DNA from: an uncultured Gammaproteobacteria bacterium
GTDB taxonomy: Bacteria > Patescibacteriota > Microgenomatia > Levybacterales > GWA1-39-11
Assembly (NCBI GenBank): GCA_964651815.1
Contig: CAZYWG010000003.1
Location: forward strand, 52,531-116,530
DNA: 64,000 nt
Reading direction: 5' to 3'
In this document: positions 9,567 through 21,519 of the stretch, piece after piece
How positions within the stretch are numbered: the stretch's first letter is position 1
Layout of the letters: each line of letters begins with the position of its first letter
Translations under genes and position numbers: made by a program
The notes under the pieces: model-generated
The model's database searches: none
What the model was told of the DNA's origin: nothing
What the model saw: only the letters and a program-made list of their open reading frames with translations

Positions 9567-10967
9567 TTAATGAGGTATGGAGAGTTTGAATGGGGGTTCC
9601 TCAGATTTGGGTTCTACATAAATATTCGGGTTTTTATCAATAGCGTCAAGGATCTGGACAAATCGGTAAAATATGGCGTTTGTCCATCCAAAACCGGATT
9701 GGTTTGTATAATGATAATCTTTGGTGCGATCGCCGGTAACGCCATTAACTTTTTCAAAGAATGTTGCGTACCTTTTAAAAATTTGAGATTGTGTTTCCAA
9801 AGATTTTTTCATAATACGTACGGCATCATTAACAAATCCATATTTTAAAAGTCCAATAACGGTTAAATATTCAAGAGGCGGCCAAATGTTGGGATAATCC
9901 CATTGTTTGGGTTTTAAAATTTCTTCTATAGCGGGTATATATCTATGAGGAATTTTAGATAAGGATACTTTTGGTGCAAGAGAACTCTTTGCATCAATAA
10001 CGAGTCCATGGTCAGTCTCAAATATTGATAGCTTTTTAACCATTTTTTCAGATTGTGAACGAGTTGCCATTCCTGCCCATAGAGGAGTAAAGCCGGCAAG
10101 GGATAAAAAGTCGCTTTGGGTTTTATGTTTGTATTCATAATCAAAGAAAAAGCCTTCTTTCTCGTTCCACAGCAATTTGTTTATTTCGTCTTTGCGCTTA
10201 GTAGCAATTTCCTTCCAGTATTTCTGTTCTTCAGAATCCCCATTAATTGATGAAATCTTTGCAAAATCCCGCTCATATTTAAATAAATAAACATTTAAAT
10301 CAATCGGCAAAAAATCATTACACCTGTTATAAAATCTTGATGTAAAATCCCAGCCGGATTCAAGTTCTGCGGAATGAGCATATCCAATATCCCGGTCACC
10401 ATAGCGGCTTAATCCAAAGCCATCTACCTTGTGATGAAAGAACCCGTCTATATCCATCCAGACGCGCCAATATTCATGCTTTGCAACCTCGGAAGCGTGA
10501 ATAAGCCATCTTTTGTAATATTCCAACTCATACACCATTTTTTTAAAAGGGTTGGCTCCACGCCAGGCAAAATAATAGCCGTTGTATGCATCAAGTATCA
10601 TTGATGTTAAGAAAGGAGGCTGAGACCGGCCGGTGGAAGCAGGAGAATTAAAATTTGGGATAATTCCATAGCGCTCGTATAAGTAGATAAAATTGTCTAC
10701 CATAGAACGAGTAAGTTTTTCGCGTTTTGTGCGAATTAAGCCGCGAAACATAAAAAAAGTATCCCAATAATACATGTGTGTAAATTTTTTGTCGTTGGGT
10801 ACAATAAACGCTTTGGGCATATTAAGAACATTTTTATGCATCATTTTGGTAGATTTTTTCAAAACAACATTAAGAAGACGGTCTCGTCTGCGGGGTTTAA
10901 CCGTGACTTTGTCCCAAAAGTGGTCAATATATTCCAATTCGTCTTTGTATTTTTCGGCGTTTGTCAC
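9567..10967 (-). CDS. Trehalase (GH37)
   Basis: VPNDKKFTHMYYWDTFF, RSQPPFL, AELESGWDFTSRF, PIDLN, QWDYPNIWPPL, GFGWTNA. Confidence 0.93.
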   Translation of the reverse strand: MTNAEKYKDELEYIDHFWDKVTVKPRRRDRLLNVVLKKSTKMMHKNVLNMPKAFIVPNDKKFTHMYYWDTFFMFRGLIRTKREKLTRSMVDNFIYLYERYGIIPNFNSPASTGRSQPPFLTSMILDAYNGYYFAWRGANPFKKMVYELEYYKRWLIHASEVAKHEYWRVWMDIDGFFHHKVDGFGLSRYGDRDIGYAHSAELESGWDFTSRFYNRCNDFLPIDLNVYLFKYERDFAKISSINGDSEEQKYWKEIATKRKDEINKLLWNEKEGFFFDYEYKHKTQSDFLSLAGFTPLWAGMATRSQSEKMVKKLSIFETDHGLVIDAKSSLAPKVSLSKIPHRYIPAIEEILKPKQWDYPNIWPPLEYLTVIGLLKYGFVNDAVRIMKKSLETQSQIFKRYATFFEKVNGVTGDRTKDYHYTNQSGFGWTNAIFYRFVQILDAIDKNPNIYVEPKSEEPPFKLSIPH

Positions 10968-11034
10968 GAATAAATCTTAGCGCTTTATGCTTTTTTGTTC
11001 AAGAGGAAATTTTATTCTGACAGAAACAGGAATA

Positions 11035-11063
11035 TTGACAAATCATTTTCTATGTCGTTTAAT
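11035..11063 (+). promoter_or_regulatory. Sigma70-like promoter of xer
   Basis: TTGACA (11035-11040), 17 nt, TTTAAT. Confidence 0.55.
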
Positions 11064-11077
11064 ATTTTTACTGCCTT

Positions 11078-12031
11078 ATGGAACAAAAAAAACGATCCGA
11101 ACTCAGGGACTATATTCAAATGTTTCTTGAATACCTTGAAATTGAGAAAAATTCCTCAAAATTGACTATCCGTAATTATCGTTTATATTTGAATAGATTT
11201 GCCGATTGGTATGAAAATAATTATGCGGGTCTTGGAATTAAAGATATAAATATAGACAAGGTCAGGCGTTACAGATTATTTCTTTCCAATTGGGTAGATG
11301 AAAAGGATATGACTTTAAAACGCGTTACGCAGTCATATTACATAATTGCGTTAAGGTCAATGCTTAGGTTTTTAGTCAGGAATGATTATGACACGCTAAC
11401 TCCCGACAAAATTGATTTACCAAAGTCCGAAAGTAAATCTTTAAAATTTCTTGAGAAAAATCATTTGCAAACTTTATTTGATTCGGTTGATGTTTCAACC
11501 AACAATGAAAAAAACTTGCGTGACCGCGCAATTTTAGAATTGTTGTTTTCAACCGGGCTGCGTGTCTCAGAATTGACAAGACTCAATCGTGAAAATATAA
11601 ATTTTGACACACGTGAATTTGGGGTAATTGGGAAAGGTGGACGCGCGCGGGTTGTTTTTCTTTCTGATTCTGCAGCCCACTGGCTCAGGATTTATTTTGA
11701 TATTAGGGAAGACCCTTGGAAGCCCGCTTTTATTCGTTATTCAAAAGAAAAGAATTTTGAGAATGGTGGCGAGAAAATGCGTCTTACCCCGCGCTCAATT
11801 GAAAGACTTTTGGAAAAGTACGTAAGGCTCGCGAGAATTCCTGTAAAAGCAACACCTCATACCCTACGCCATTCGTTTGCAACAGATCTTCTTTATAATG
11901 GAGCAGATTTACGCTCAGTTCAGGAGATGCTTGGGCATAAAAACATTTCAACTACCCAAATTTACACCCACGTAACTAACCCTCAATTAAAAGAAATTCA
12001 CAAGAAATTTCATCAAGGGAACAGGAGGTAA
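11078..12031 (+). CDS. XerC/D-family tyrosine recombinase
   Basis: RDRAILELLFSTGLRVSEL, GKGGRAR, TPHTLRHSFAT, LGHKNISTTQIYTH (R-K-H-R-H-Y catalytic residues). Confidence 0.95.
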   Translation: MEQKKRSELRDYIQMFLEYLEIEKNSSKLTIRNYRLYLNRFADWYENNYAGLGIKDINIDKVRRYRLFLSNWVDEKDMTLKRVTQSYYIIALRSMLRFLVRNDYDTLTPDKIDLPKSESKSLKFLEKNHLQTLFDSVDVSTNNEKNLRDRAILELLFSTGLRVSELTRLNRENINFDTREFGVIGKGGRARVVFLSDSAAHWLRIYFDIREDPWKPAFIRYSKEKNFENGGEKMRLTPRSIERLLEKYVRLARIPVKATPHTLRHSFATDLLYNGADLRSVQEMLGHKNISTTQIYTHVTNPQLKEIHKKFHQGNRR

Positions 12032-12100
12032 TCTCATAATAATCATTCGATTATATACTATGGGATGTAATGTGCAGAATTGATCCTCTTTTCAAACAAC

Positions 12101-13028
12101 TTATAATGTTAAAACCCACTTTTTAAATTCTTTTTCCTCTTTATAGTCCGCGTCCGGTTTGAAAGATTCGTCTGAAAAGCCGCCTATGGCGCGGGATGCG
12201 AGGACGGTTTGGAGTTTGTTTTTGTCATAACCACGTTCGACAAGTTGGTCGAATATCTGAATTGCCAGCTCGGGTTTTTCTAAAACACTGTGTACGCGCT
12301 GTATGAAATAAGCAATATCGTAATACTCTACCCCATGAGAATGGGCGTGTTCTCCGTCAATAAGTGCAATTGCTTTTTCATCAGTAATAATCATATGCCA
12401 CGGAGTGAAATCTCCGTGTCGCGGCTTTTTCCGAAAGATTATTAGCACCTTCCTTTACAAGATCGAAAAGCTGTTCTAGCTTATACCGCTTGATTATTTC
12501 ACCTGGTATAGTATCGAGCCAGGATTTTGTTTTCTCAACAAACCATTCTTGGTGATTGGGGGACTGAATAGCATCGTTTATAGGAATCTTTAAAGGAAGG
12601 TCTTGAATGAATTCGGAGAAATCTATAATTTGGTTTATATACTGGCCAATGAAATTGTATTTTTGATCAATAGCTGCTATTTGTGGACCGGTGTATTCTT
12701 CAATCAGTATGTAATATAAACCTTTATAGTATCCGCCTTCGTAAAATTTTGGGACAAGATAGTATTCGTTTATTGACAATTTGTTAAATTCCTCGCACCA
12801 AATTCTTTCCGTTTCAAGACGGGCGCTTATTCCAGGAGTCGTCGCCATTTTTATGAAGTATTCGCGATATTCATCCCTGACTTTTCCTAAGACGTGTCTG
12901 CAGCCTTGCCAAAGCCTAATCACTTTGTAATTCTTCTGGAGAAATGACTTCACGCTTTTAAGATCAAGTGTCTCTCCCACTCTATAATCCAGCAGTTTCC
13001 CATTCTTTTGAACTTTGAAAGCATCCAT
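12101..13028 (-). pseudogene. APH/choline-kinase-like phosphotransferase split by a frameshift near 12430
   Basis: The 5' ORF (12381-13028) carries N-lobe features (YFIKMA, ILIEEY); the overlapping 3' ORF (12101-12448) carries HGDFTPWH and LIDGE catalytic motifs. Confidence 0.7.
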
Positions 13029-13046
13029 GGTGCAATTATATCAGGG

Positions 13047-14024
13047 TTATTCTAGCTTTCCGAGGATTTGTGCAAGAAGTGCCATTCGTATGTACATGCC
13101 TGATCTAATTTCAGAAGTTAAGTAGACTGCTCGTGGATCTGAGTCAACTTCTTCAAGGATTTCTCCTACTCTGGGCAAAGGATGCATAAGAATTGTATTT
13201 TTACCCGCATATTTATCCATTACTTCCTTTGTAACAACAAACCTGTTGTTTACCTTTTTGTAGAGCTCTTCATTTTTGAATCTTTCTTTCTGGACACGTG
13301 TCCAATACCAAAAATCACAATCTTTTGGAATCTCGTCGATGGAATTTATTTCGTGAAGTTTAATCTTATCTTTATATTTGTTAAAGTCGGTCTTTGAAAG
13401 TTTTAGTTCGTCAGGTGCCAATAAATAGATTTCGTTTCCCGGAAAAAATGCAAGCCCGTCTAAAAGAGAATGTACGGTCCTACCGTTTAATATGTCCCCT
13501 GCCATAACTCCTTTAAGACCAGTTAGTTTTTTTTTCTTTTCCCAAATAGTATATAAATCCAAGAGCGCTTGTGTAGGATGTTCTCCAGGCCCATCACCCG
13601 CGTTGATAATTGGTACAAACTTTGCAGTTTCCGCGGCGCGCTTGGCAGCACCTAACTCCGGATGCCTTAATACTATTATGTCGCAATATGCTTCAAATAC
13701 CCTGATTGTGTCTTCAAACGTTTCGCCCTTTGAGACGGACGAGAATTGTTGAGGATTTTCAACCACAATTGTTTGTCCCCCAAGTTGCTTGGCAGCCGCG
13801 TCAAAAGAAGATCTTGTGCGAGACGAAGGCTCATAGAAAAGTAAAACTATTATTTTTCCATCCAGAAGCGGTAATGGTAGACCCTTCTGCCCTGCTTCTT
13901 TAACAGAAGCAACAGAATTGAACAGTTTTAATATGGAGTCTTGATCAAATTGGGAAATGGAGACAATATCTTTACCTAGATAGTTTGACTCGATGGGTAA
14001 AATAGCCTTACTTTTTTGTGCCAC
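13047..14024 (-). CDS. pyrB: Aspartate carbamoyltransferase
   Basis: FYEPSSRTRSSF, INAGDG..EHPTQALLD, RVQKER, MHPLPR. Confidence 0.97.
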   Translation of the reverse strand: MAQKSKAILPIESNYLGKDIVSISQFDQDSILKLFNSVASVKEAGQKGLPLPLLDGKIIVLLFYEPSSRTRSSFDAAAKQLGGQTIVVENPQQFSSVSKGETFEDTIRVFEAYCDIIVLRHPELGAAKRAAETAKFVPIINAGDGPGEHPTQALLDLYTIWEKKKKLTGLKGVMAGDILNGRTVHSLLDGLAFFPGNEIYLLAPDELKLSKTDFNKYKDKIKLHEINSIDEIPKDCDFWYWTRVQKERFKNEELYKKVNNRFVVTKEVMDKYAGKNTILMHPLPRVGEILEEVDSDPRAVYLTSEIRSGMYIRMALLAQILGKLE

Positions 14025-14051
14025 TTGAAGGATTTTATTATTAATTGGTGA

Positions 14052-15098
14052 TTATTTCAAGTACTTGTCAAAAAAGGCAACGGAGCGTTGAAGCGCAATG
14101 TTAAATACTTGTGATAGGTTGTGGTCTGCATTTTGGTAAGAGTAATAGTCAATAATTTTTCCGTTTTTTTGAAGCGCGTTGCGTAAATGTTCTGCAAAGC
14201 TTGGCGGAACGTCTTCATCGGTCATGCTTTGGTGAATTTGCACAGGTGCTCCGACACTTTGAATATATGTATAAGGATCTATAGAGCTCCAAAAAGACGG
14301 ATTGGTTTGCGGAGTACCAAAGTGATCAACCAGATTTTGCCTAATAGATGTCAAATGCTCACGGATATTGGCAGCGCCTTGGGGTGTGTATCTGTTTGGG
14401 TGCCAATGATTTAGCAAATCATCATAAGTCCCTACAACTCCGCTCCAAATAACCGCCACTTTTATGCTGTTTGGTTCTACAACTAGCACCCTTAGCGTAA
14501 TATTTCCGCCCATTGAATGTCCCCACATGCCAATTTTGTCAACGTTAACATACGGCAATTTTTTTATGGAGGCAAGCGCGTTTAAAACATCAATTGTGTA
14601 ATCCGGAGAAAAATACGCGCCTTCTGCTTGACCCTCAGAGCGTCCATTGCCGCGATAGTCTGATTTAAAAGTAACGTAACCTGCCCTTGCAAATCCGTCT
14701 TGATACGCAACGTAACGTTCTGTCGTTTGATACTCATTAGGGGGAATATAGCCGTGATTAAATATAACAACTGGAACGCGGCTTGAGGCGCTTGCGCTAT
14801 CAGGAACAGTAAGAAGACCATAAATTTTAAAGTTATCCGAAACATAAGAAGCGATATATCTTTTATAATTTGAACCTGCATCAAGCGTTTGTTCTATTTT
14901 AATGTCGCTCCCAGGATATGAACGCGCACGGAGCGCAGCTATCTCAAGTTGACTTTTAAATTGCTGAGTACTGGGAGTTGTAGTTATTTCAGAATTTTGA
15001 TTATCGGTGGTTGATTTTTGTGTTTTAACAGATTTGTAAATCAGCAAAATTGCGATAAGAAATCCAATAAAAATGAGAAGCAAGACTATTTTTCGCAC
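14052..15098 (-). CDS. Membrane-anchored alpha/beta hydrolase (S9-like peptidase)
   Basis: N-terminal TM helix; NHGY, DYRGNG, WGHSMGG nucleophile elbow, DEDVP, ADHN. Confidence 0.88.
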   Translation of the reverse strand: MRKIVLLLIFIGFLIAILLIYKSVKTQKSTTDNQNSEITTTPSTQQFKSQLEIAALRARSYPGSDIKIEQTLDAGSNYKRYIASYVSDNFKIYGLLTVPDSASASSRVPVVIFNHGYIPPNEYQTTERYVAYQDGFARAGYVTFKSDYRGNGRSEGQAEGAYFSPDYTIDVLNALASIKKLPYVNVDKIGMWGHSMGGNITLRVLVVEPNSIKVAVIWSGVVGTYDDLLNHWHPNRYTPQGAANIREHLTSIRQNLVDHFGTPQTNPSFWSSIDPYTYIQSVGAPVQIHQSMTDEDVPPSFAEHLRNALQKNGKIIDYYSYQNADHNLSQVFNIALQRSVAFFDKYLK

Positions 15099-15154
15099 CC
15101 AAAAATTTTACACTCATTTAAAATTATCGTCAAGGAAATTGCAGAATTAATGGA

Positions 15155-15355
15155 TTAGTATTGAGGTGCTGCCTGGGATTGTGCGGGTTGTGCGCCGAGG
15201 ACTTGATCAAGTCTTGCAACAATTGAGTTATATGTAATTACATATGCGATAACCGCAACAATTGTAACTATTATTGTGAAGACAAAAATATCTTTGTTAA
15301 TTATAGAAGAATTTTTAGGGGAAATTTTAGCTATTCTCTTTCGTCGGGCAGCCAT
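15155..15355 (-). CDS. Small single-pass membrane protein
   Basis: Basic N-terminus, one TM helix, then a QVLG motif and Q/A/P tail. Confidence 0.7.
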   Translation of the reverse strand: MAARRKRIAKISPKNSSIINKDIFVFTIIVTIVAVIAYVITYNSIVARLDQVLGAQPAQSQAAPQY

Positions 15356-15386
15356 GAAATTATTGTTTCAAAATTATAAATTTTTG

Positions 15387-16226
15387 TCAAGCGTTTTTTA
15401 TTTGTGCTTCTGCGGCCTCCACAAGATTTTGAAAAAGATAAGAGAGATTGACGGGTCCAACTCCACCCGGGGTTGGCGTATAGCTCCCCGCTAAATTTTC
15501 AATTTCCGATTCTTCATAATCCCCGTGGAGTTTTCCATCTTCATTTGCTACATGTGTCCCGACGCCAATTAAAATTACACCGGGCTTAATATTGCTTTTG
15601 TTAATTACCCTACTCTTCCCAACGCTTGTTATAACAATGTCTGCATTTTTGATTAAATCATTGGGATTGCGAGTTTTGCTGTCTATAACCATTGGTTCTG
15701 CGCCCAGTTTCTTTAAGGCTTTTATTGCCGGCGCGCCGGCTGTCTCACCTTTCCCTAATATTACGAAATTAAATTCGCTCCATTTCTTCTTGGTTCCTAG
15801 TTCTGCAAGAGATACTTCAATTAATCTTTTTGTTGCGAGCCAGACAGGTACTTCAAATTTTGAATTTTCTTGAAAACCATCAACATCTTTTTCTGGTGCG
15901 ATTGCGTCAGTTACGGTTTTTTTATTGATAACACCAGGCATTGGGCGTTGGACAATCATTCCGTGAAAGCTTTTATCTTGGTTTATTTCTTCAATTTTTT
16001 TAAGTAGAGATTTTTCGTCAGCTCCGCCTAAAGGAATAAATACAGCTTCAATTCCAAGTTCTGTTGCAACCTTTAGCTTTTGTCTTACATAAGTTTCCCA
16101 CGCGCCTTCAGGGCCGAGCGTAATTATTGCGATTTTAGGTTTTATATTTTTTTTTCTTAAGTCTTCAATCCTAAGAATTAAGTCTGCTTTAATTTCATCA
16201 GCTACTTTTTTGCCGGATATTCTCAT
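15387..16226 (-). CDS. folD: Methylene-THF dehydrogenase/cyclohydrolase
   Basis: YVRQK, HGMIVQRP, PEKDVDG, TPTPGGVGPV. Confidence 0.92.
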   Translation of the reverse strand: MRISGKKVADEIKADLILRIEDLRKKNIKPKIAIITLGPEGAWETYVRQKLKVATELGIEAVFIPLGGADEKSLLKKIEEINQDKSFHGMIVQRPMPGVINKKTVTDAIAPEKDVDGFQENSKFEVPVWLATKRLIEVSLAELGTKKKWSEFNFVILGKGETAGAPAIKALKKLGAEPMVIDSKTRNPNDLIKNADIVITSVGKSRVINKSNIKPGVILIGVGTHVANEDGKLHGDYEESEIENLAGSYTPTPGGVGPVNLSYLFQNLVEAAEAQIKNA

Positions 16227-16231
16227 TTAAT

Positions 16232-18787
16232 TTATGGGGAAACGGTTGTGGCACCTGCAACTCTATCATTTTTATCAGAAAAACGCATGAGTATCACGCC
16301 CTGAGCATTTCTTGAAAGAAGAGGTGTAGCATCAAGCGGAATTTTTACAACTTGCCCTTTTTCTGAAGTTATAATTACTTCAGTTGCGTCTTTTTCAAGT
16401 ACACCTGCAAAGACAATTTTTCCCGTTTTTGCGTTAATATTTTGAATTCTTACTCCTTGGCCATTCCGTCTTTGGTTGCGGACTTCAGACACTCGGCTTC
16501 TTTTTCCAAGTCCATTCTCTGCAACTACAAGAAGCGTTGCGGCTTTGTCGCCACCTGAGGCTACATCCATTCCAATAACCCGGTCATCCCCAACGAGTCT
16601 TATTCCGCCAACTCCTTGACTAGATCGGCCTGTTGACCTAATTTGAGACTCCTTAAAGCAAATAATTTTACCGTTCTTGGTTATGAGCACAACATCATTC
16701 TCACCGCTTGAAAAATTAACCCATTGCAAGGAATCACCATTCTCAAGCTTTATGGCGATAATTCCGCCGCGCCTTATATTTGCAAATTCGGAAATAGAAG
16801 TTTTTTTAATAATTCCCTTCTCTGTTGCCATGACAATATGTTTGTACTTATCTTTTTCCTTGGGGTTGTAAGTCAGAATAGATTGAATTTTTTCGCCGGC
16901 ATTTATATCAATTAGATTAACAATTGCTGTCCCTTTTGAAACGCGAGAAGCCTCTTCCATTTCAAATACGCGTGTTTGGTAAACTTTTCCAAGGTTTGTG
17001 AAGAAGAGAATATAATCGTGTGTTTGGGCATATAATATTTTGTCTATTGAATCTTCATCTTTGGTCCTCATCCCCATAACTCCTTTGCCGCCCCTTGCCT
17101 GTGTTCTAAAGGACGTCATGCTTTGGCGCTTAACGTAGCCTGTTTGCGTCAAAGTAATGACGGTTGGTTCATTTTGGATAAGGTCCTCTTCTGAAAATTC
17201 ATCAACTTTTGATTTGTAAACACGGGTCCTTCTTTTGTCTTCATATTTTTCTTTGACTTTCGCGAGCTCATCCCCAACAACTTTTAACATTTTTTTAGGG
17301 TCGGAAAGTAAACTCGTTAAGTAATCGATTGTCTCTTTAACCATGTCCCATTCGTCTTGAATTTTTTCGCGTTCTAGAGCTGCCAAGCGCCTAAGCTGCA
17401 TATCAAGAATTGCTATAGCCTGAATTTCAGAGAGCTTAAATTTTGTCATCAGGTTTCCGCGTGCCGCGTCGGCACTTTCAGATTTTTTAATAGTATCTAT
17501 GACTTCATCAATGTTATTTACGGCAATTAAAAGCCCATCAAGTATGTGTAGTCTGGCACGCGCTTGTCTGAGTTCAAATTCTGACCTTCTGGTAATAACC
17601 GTAAATCTGTGTGTTATATATTCTTCAAGGATTGTTTTAAGATTAAGCGTTCTTGGAATACCGTCCACTAGAGCTACAATATTGGCAGGAAATGAGGTTT
17701 GTAAAGAAGTTAATTTGAACAAATTATTAAGAACTTTTCTTGGTGAAGCATCACGTTTTAATTCTGCAACCACCCGGATTCCATGTCTATCTGATTCGTC
17801 CCTAAGGTCAGTCAACCCTTCAAGCTTTTTGTCTTTTGCAAGCTCTGCTATTTTTGCAACTAAAGCTGCTTTATTCACTTGATATGGGACCTCGCGAATT
17901 ATAATTGCAGATTTTCCTTGCCCTATATCTTCAATCTCAGCAATCCCGCGGACAATGATTTTTCCGCGCCCAGTGCGGTAAACATTTTTAATTTCATTAA
18001 TATCATAAATCGCGCCCCCTGTTGGAAAGTCTGGACCTTTAATATATTCAAGTAGCTCGTCCACTGTAACTTCCGATCCTAATTCAAACGCCGGTTTTAG
18101 CGAGTGTATTTCTTCGTCAGTTAGTTCGACTCCCTCGGGGTGAATTTTATATCCTACTCTAGGTTTATAAGTTATTTTATCTATCATGTATTGAACCGCG
18201 TCGATTACTTCTCCTAAGTTGTGGGGAGGAATTTTTGTTGCCATTCCAACAGCAATACCCTCTGCCCCCATGAGAAGTAAATTAGGAAGTTTTGATGGAA
18301 GATACATAGGCTCGTTGTGTGTCCCGTCAAAATTCGGCATGAGTTCTACTGTCCCTTTATCAATGTCAAAAAGCATTTCCATAGCCAGCGGTGCAAGCCT
18401 GGCTTCCGTGTAGCGCATAGCCGCTGCAGAATCTCCATCCATGGATCCAAAGTTACCCTGCCCGTCAACAAGTGGGTAGCGCATTGCAAAATCTTGGGCA
18501 AGGCGAACGAGCGTGTCATAAATTGACATGTCGCCGTGAGGATGGTATTTTCCCATTGTTTCTCCAACAATGGTGGCTGATTTTGCGTATTTTGAAGTTG
18601 GATAAAGATTTAGCTCGTACATTGCAAAGAGGACTCTACGATGTACTGGTTTTAAGCCGTCGCGGACATCAGGTAAGGCACGCGAAACAATAACGGACAT
18701 TGCATAATCGAGGTATGCTTTTTTCGCCTCAGTTGTAATGTCGACTTGGTGAAGCCGGCCTATTGCATTTTTTTCTTCTGGTTCCAT
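16232..18787 (-). CDS. gyrA: DNA gyrase subunit A
   Basis: RALPDVRDGLKPVHRR, YHPHGD, AAMRYTE, GyrA-box QARGGKG. Confidence 0.98.
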   Translation of the reverse strand: MEPEEKNAIGRLHQVDITTEAKKAYLDYAMSVIVSRALPDVRDGLKPVHRRVLFAMYELNLYPTSKYAKSATIVGETMGKYHPHGDMSIYDTLVRLAQDFAMRYPLVDGQGNFGSMDGDSAAAMRYTEARLAPLAMEMLFDIDKGTVELMPNFDGTHNEPMYLPSKLPNLLLMGAEGIAVGMATKIPPHNLGEVIDAVQYMIDKITYKPRVGYKIHPEGVELTDEEIHSLKPAFELGSEVTVDELLEYIKGPDFPTGGAIYDINEIKNVYRTGRGKIIVRGIAEIEDIGQGKSAIIIREVPYQVNKAALVAKIAELAKDKKLEGLTDLRDESDRHGIRVVAELKRDASPRKVLNNLFKLTSLQTSFPANIVALVDGIPRTLNLKTILEEYITHRFTVITRRSEFELRQARARLHILDGLLIAVNNIDEVIDTIKKSESADAARGNLMTKFKLSEIQAIAILDMQLRRLAALEREKIQDEWDMVKETIDYLTSLLSDPKKMLKVVGDELAKVKEKYEDKRRTRVYKSKVDEFSEEDLIQNEPTVITLTQTGYVKRQSMTSFRTQARGGKGVMGMRTKDEDSIDKILYAQTHDYILFFTNLGKVYQTRVFEMEEASRVSKGTAIVNLIDINAGEKIQSILTYNPKEKDKYKHIVMATEKGIIKKTSISEFANIRRGGIIAIKLENGDSLQWVNFSSGENDVVLITKNGKIICFKESQIRSTGRSSQGVGGIRLVGDDRVIGMDVASGGDKAATLLVVAENGLGKRSRVSEVRNQRRNGQGVRIQNINAKTGKIVFAGVLEKDATEVIITSEKGQVVKIPLDATPLLSRNAQGVILMRFSDKNDRVAGATTVSP

Positions 18788-18855
18788 ATTAAAAATTATT
18801 TACTAACAACTGACGACGAATCTGTTCCTCAAATTCATCGCCATGCGTAAGTAAA

Positions 18856-19371
18856 TTATTTATAAGATGCCATCCCCTTCTTAATTTCCTCAATTGCCTC
18901 ATCTCTTCCCTTCCACCCGCTGACTTTAACCCATTTTCCAGGTTCATTCTTTTTGTAATTCTCAAAGAAATATTTAATTTTCTCGGTAATTTCTTTTGGG
19001 AGTTCACTTATGTCGTTATACTTTCCAAACTCGGGATTTACTTTTTCAGGGGGAACAGCAACCAATTTTGCATCCATTCCTTTTTCATCTTCCGTCTCAA
19101 GCATTCCTATAGGTTTTGCTACCATGACAACTCCCGGGACTACAGGAAGTGGCGACAAGACTAAAACGTCAACCGGGTCGCCGTCTCCTGACAAAGTATT
19201 TGGAATAAATCCATAATTGGCCGGATACCCTTTGTCGAAAAAGAGAAAACGATCGACAAAAATCATATTTGTATCATGATCAAGTTCGTACTTTACCCGA
19301 CTGTCCTGCGGTACTTCAATTATTACGTTTACAATTTCTGGGGCTTTTTCCCCCGCTGTTAAATTTTTCAT
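18856..19371 (-). CDS. ppa: Inorganic pyrophosphatase (family I)
   Basis: [31 protein letters not shown]; strong SD GGAGGTGA at 19388-19381. Confidence 0.96.
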   Translation of the reverse strand: MKNLTAGEKAPEIVNVIIEVPQDSRVKYELDHDTNMIFVDRFLFFDKGYPANYGFIPNTLSGDGDPVDVLVLSPLPVVPGVVMVAKPIGMLETEDEKGMDAKLVAVPPEKVNPEFGKYNDISELPKEITEKIKYFFENYKKNEPGKWVKVSGWKGRDEAIEEIKKGMASYK

Positions 19372-19476
19372 TTAATAAAGTCACCTCCCTAAATATCAAG
19401 TTCTACGAGCCTTGCACTTCGCAGTTTGTTTTCGAACAGAAACAAACTACTCAGTACTTCGACTAGCCTCCTTTAT

Positions 19477-21444
<1,968 letters not shown>

Positions 21445-21519
21445 TTAGATTATCTATTGTAGCAGAACCGAACGGAGTAATTCAAGCTGCCGAAAAAGGA
21501 CAATTTTCACATCTCAATT

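Noticed and set aside
11078-12031. Prophage or ICE integrase
   Set aside because: Length and motifs are those of chromosomal Xer proteins, and no phage or conjugation genes are nearby.
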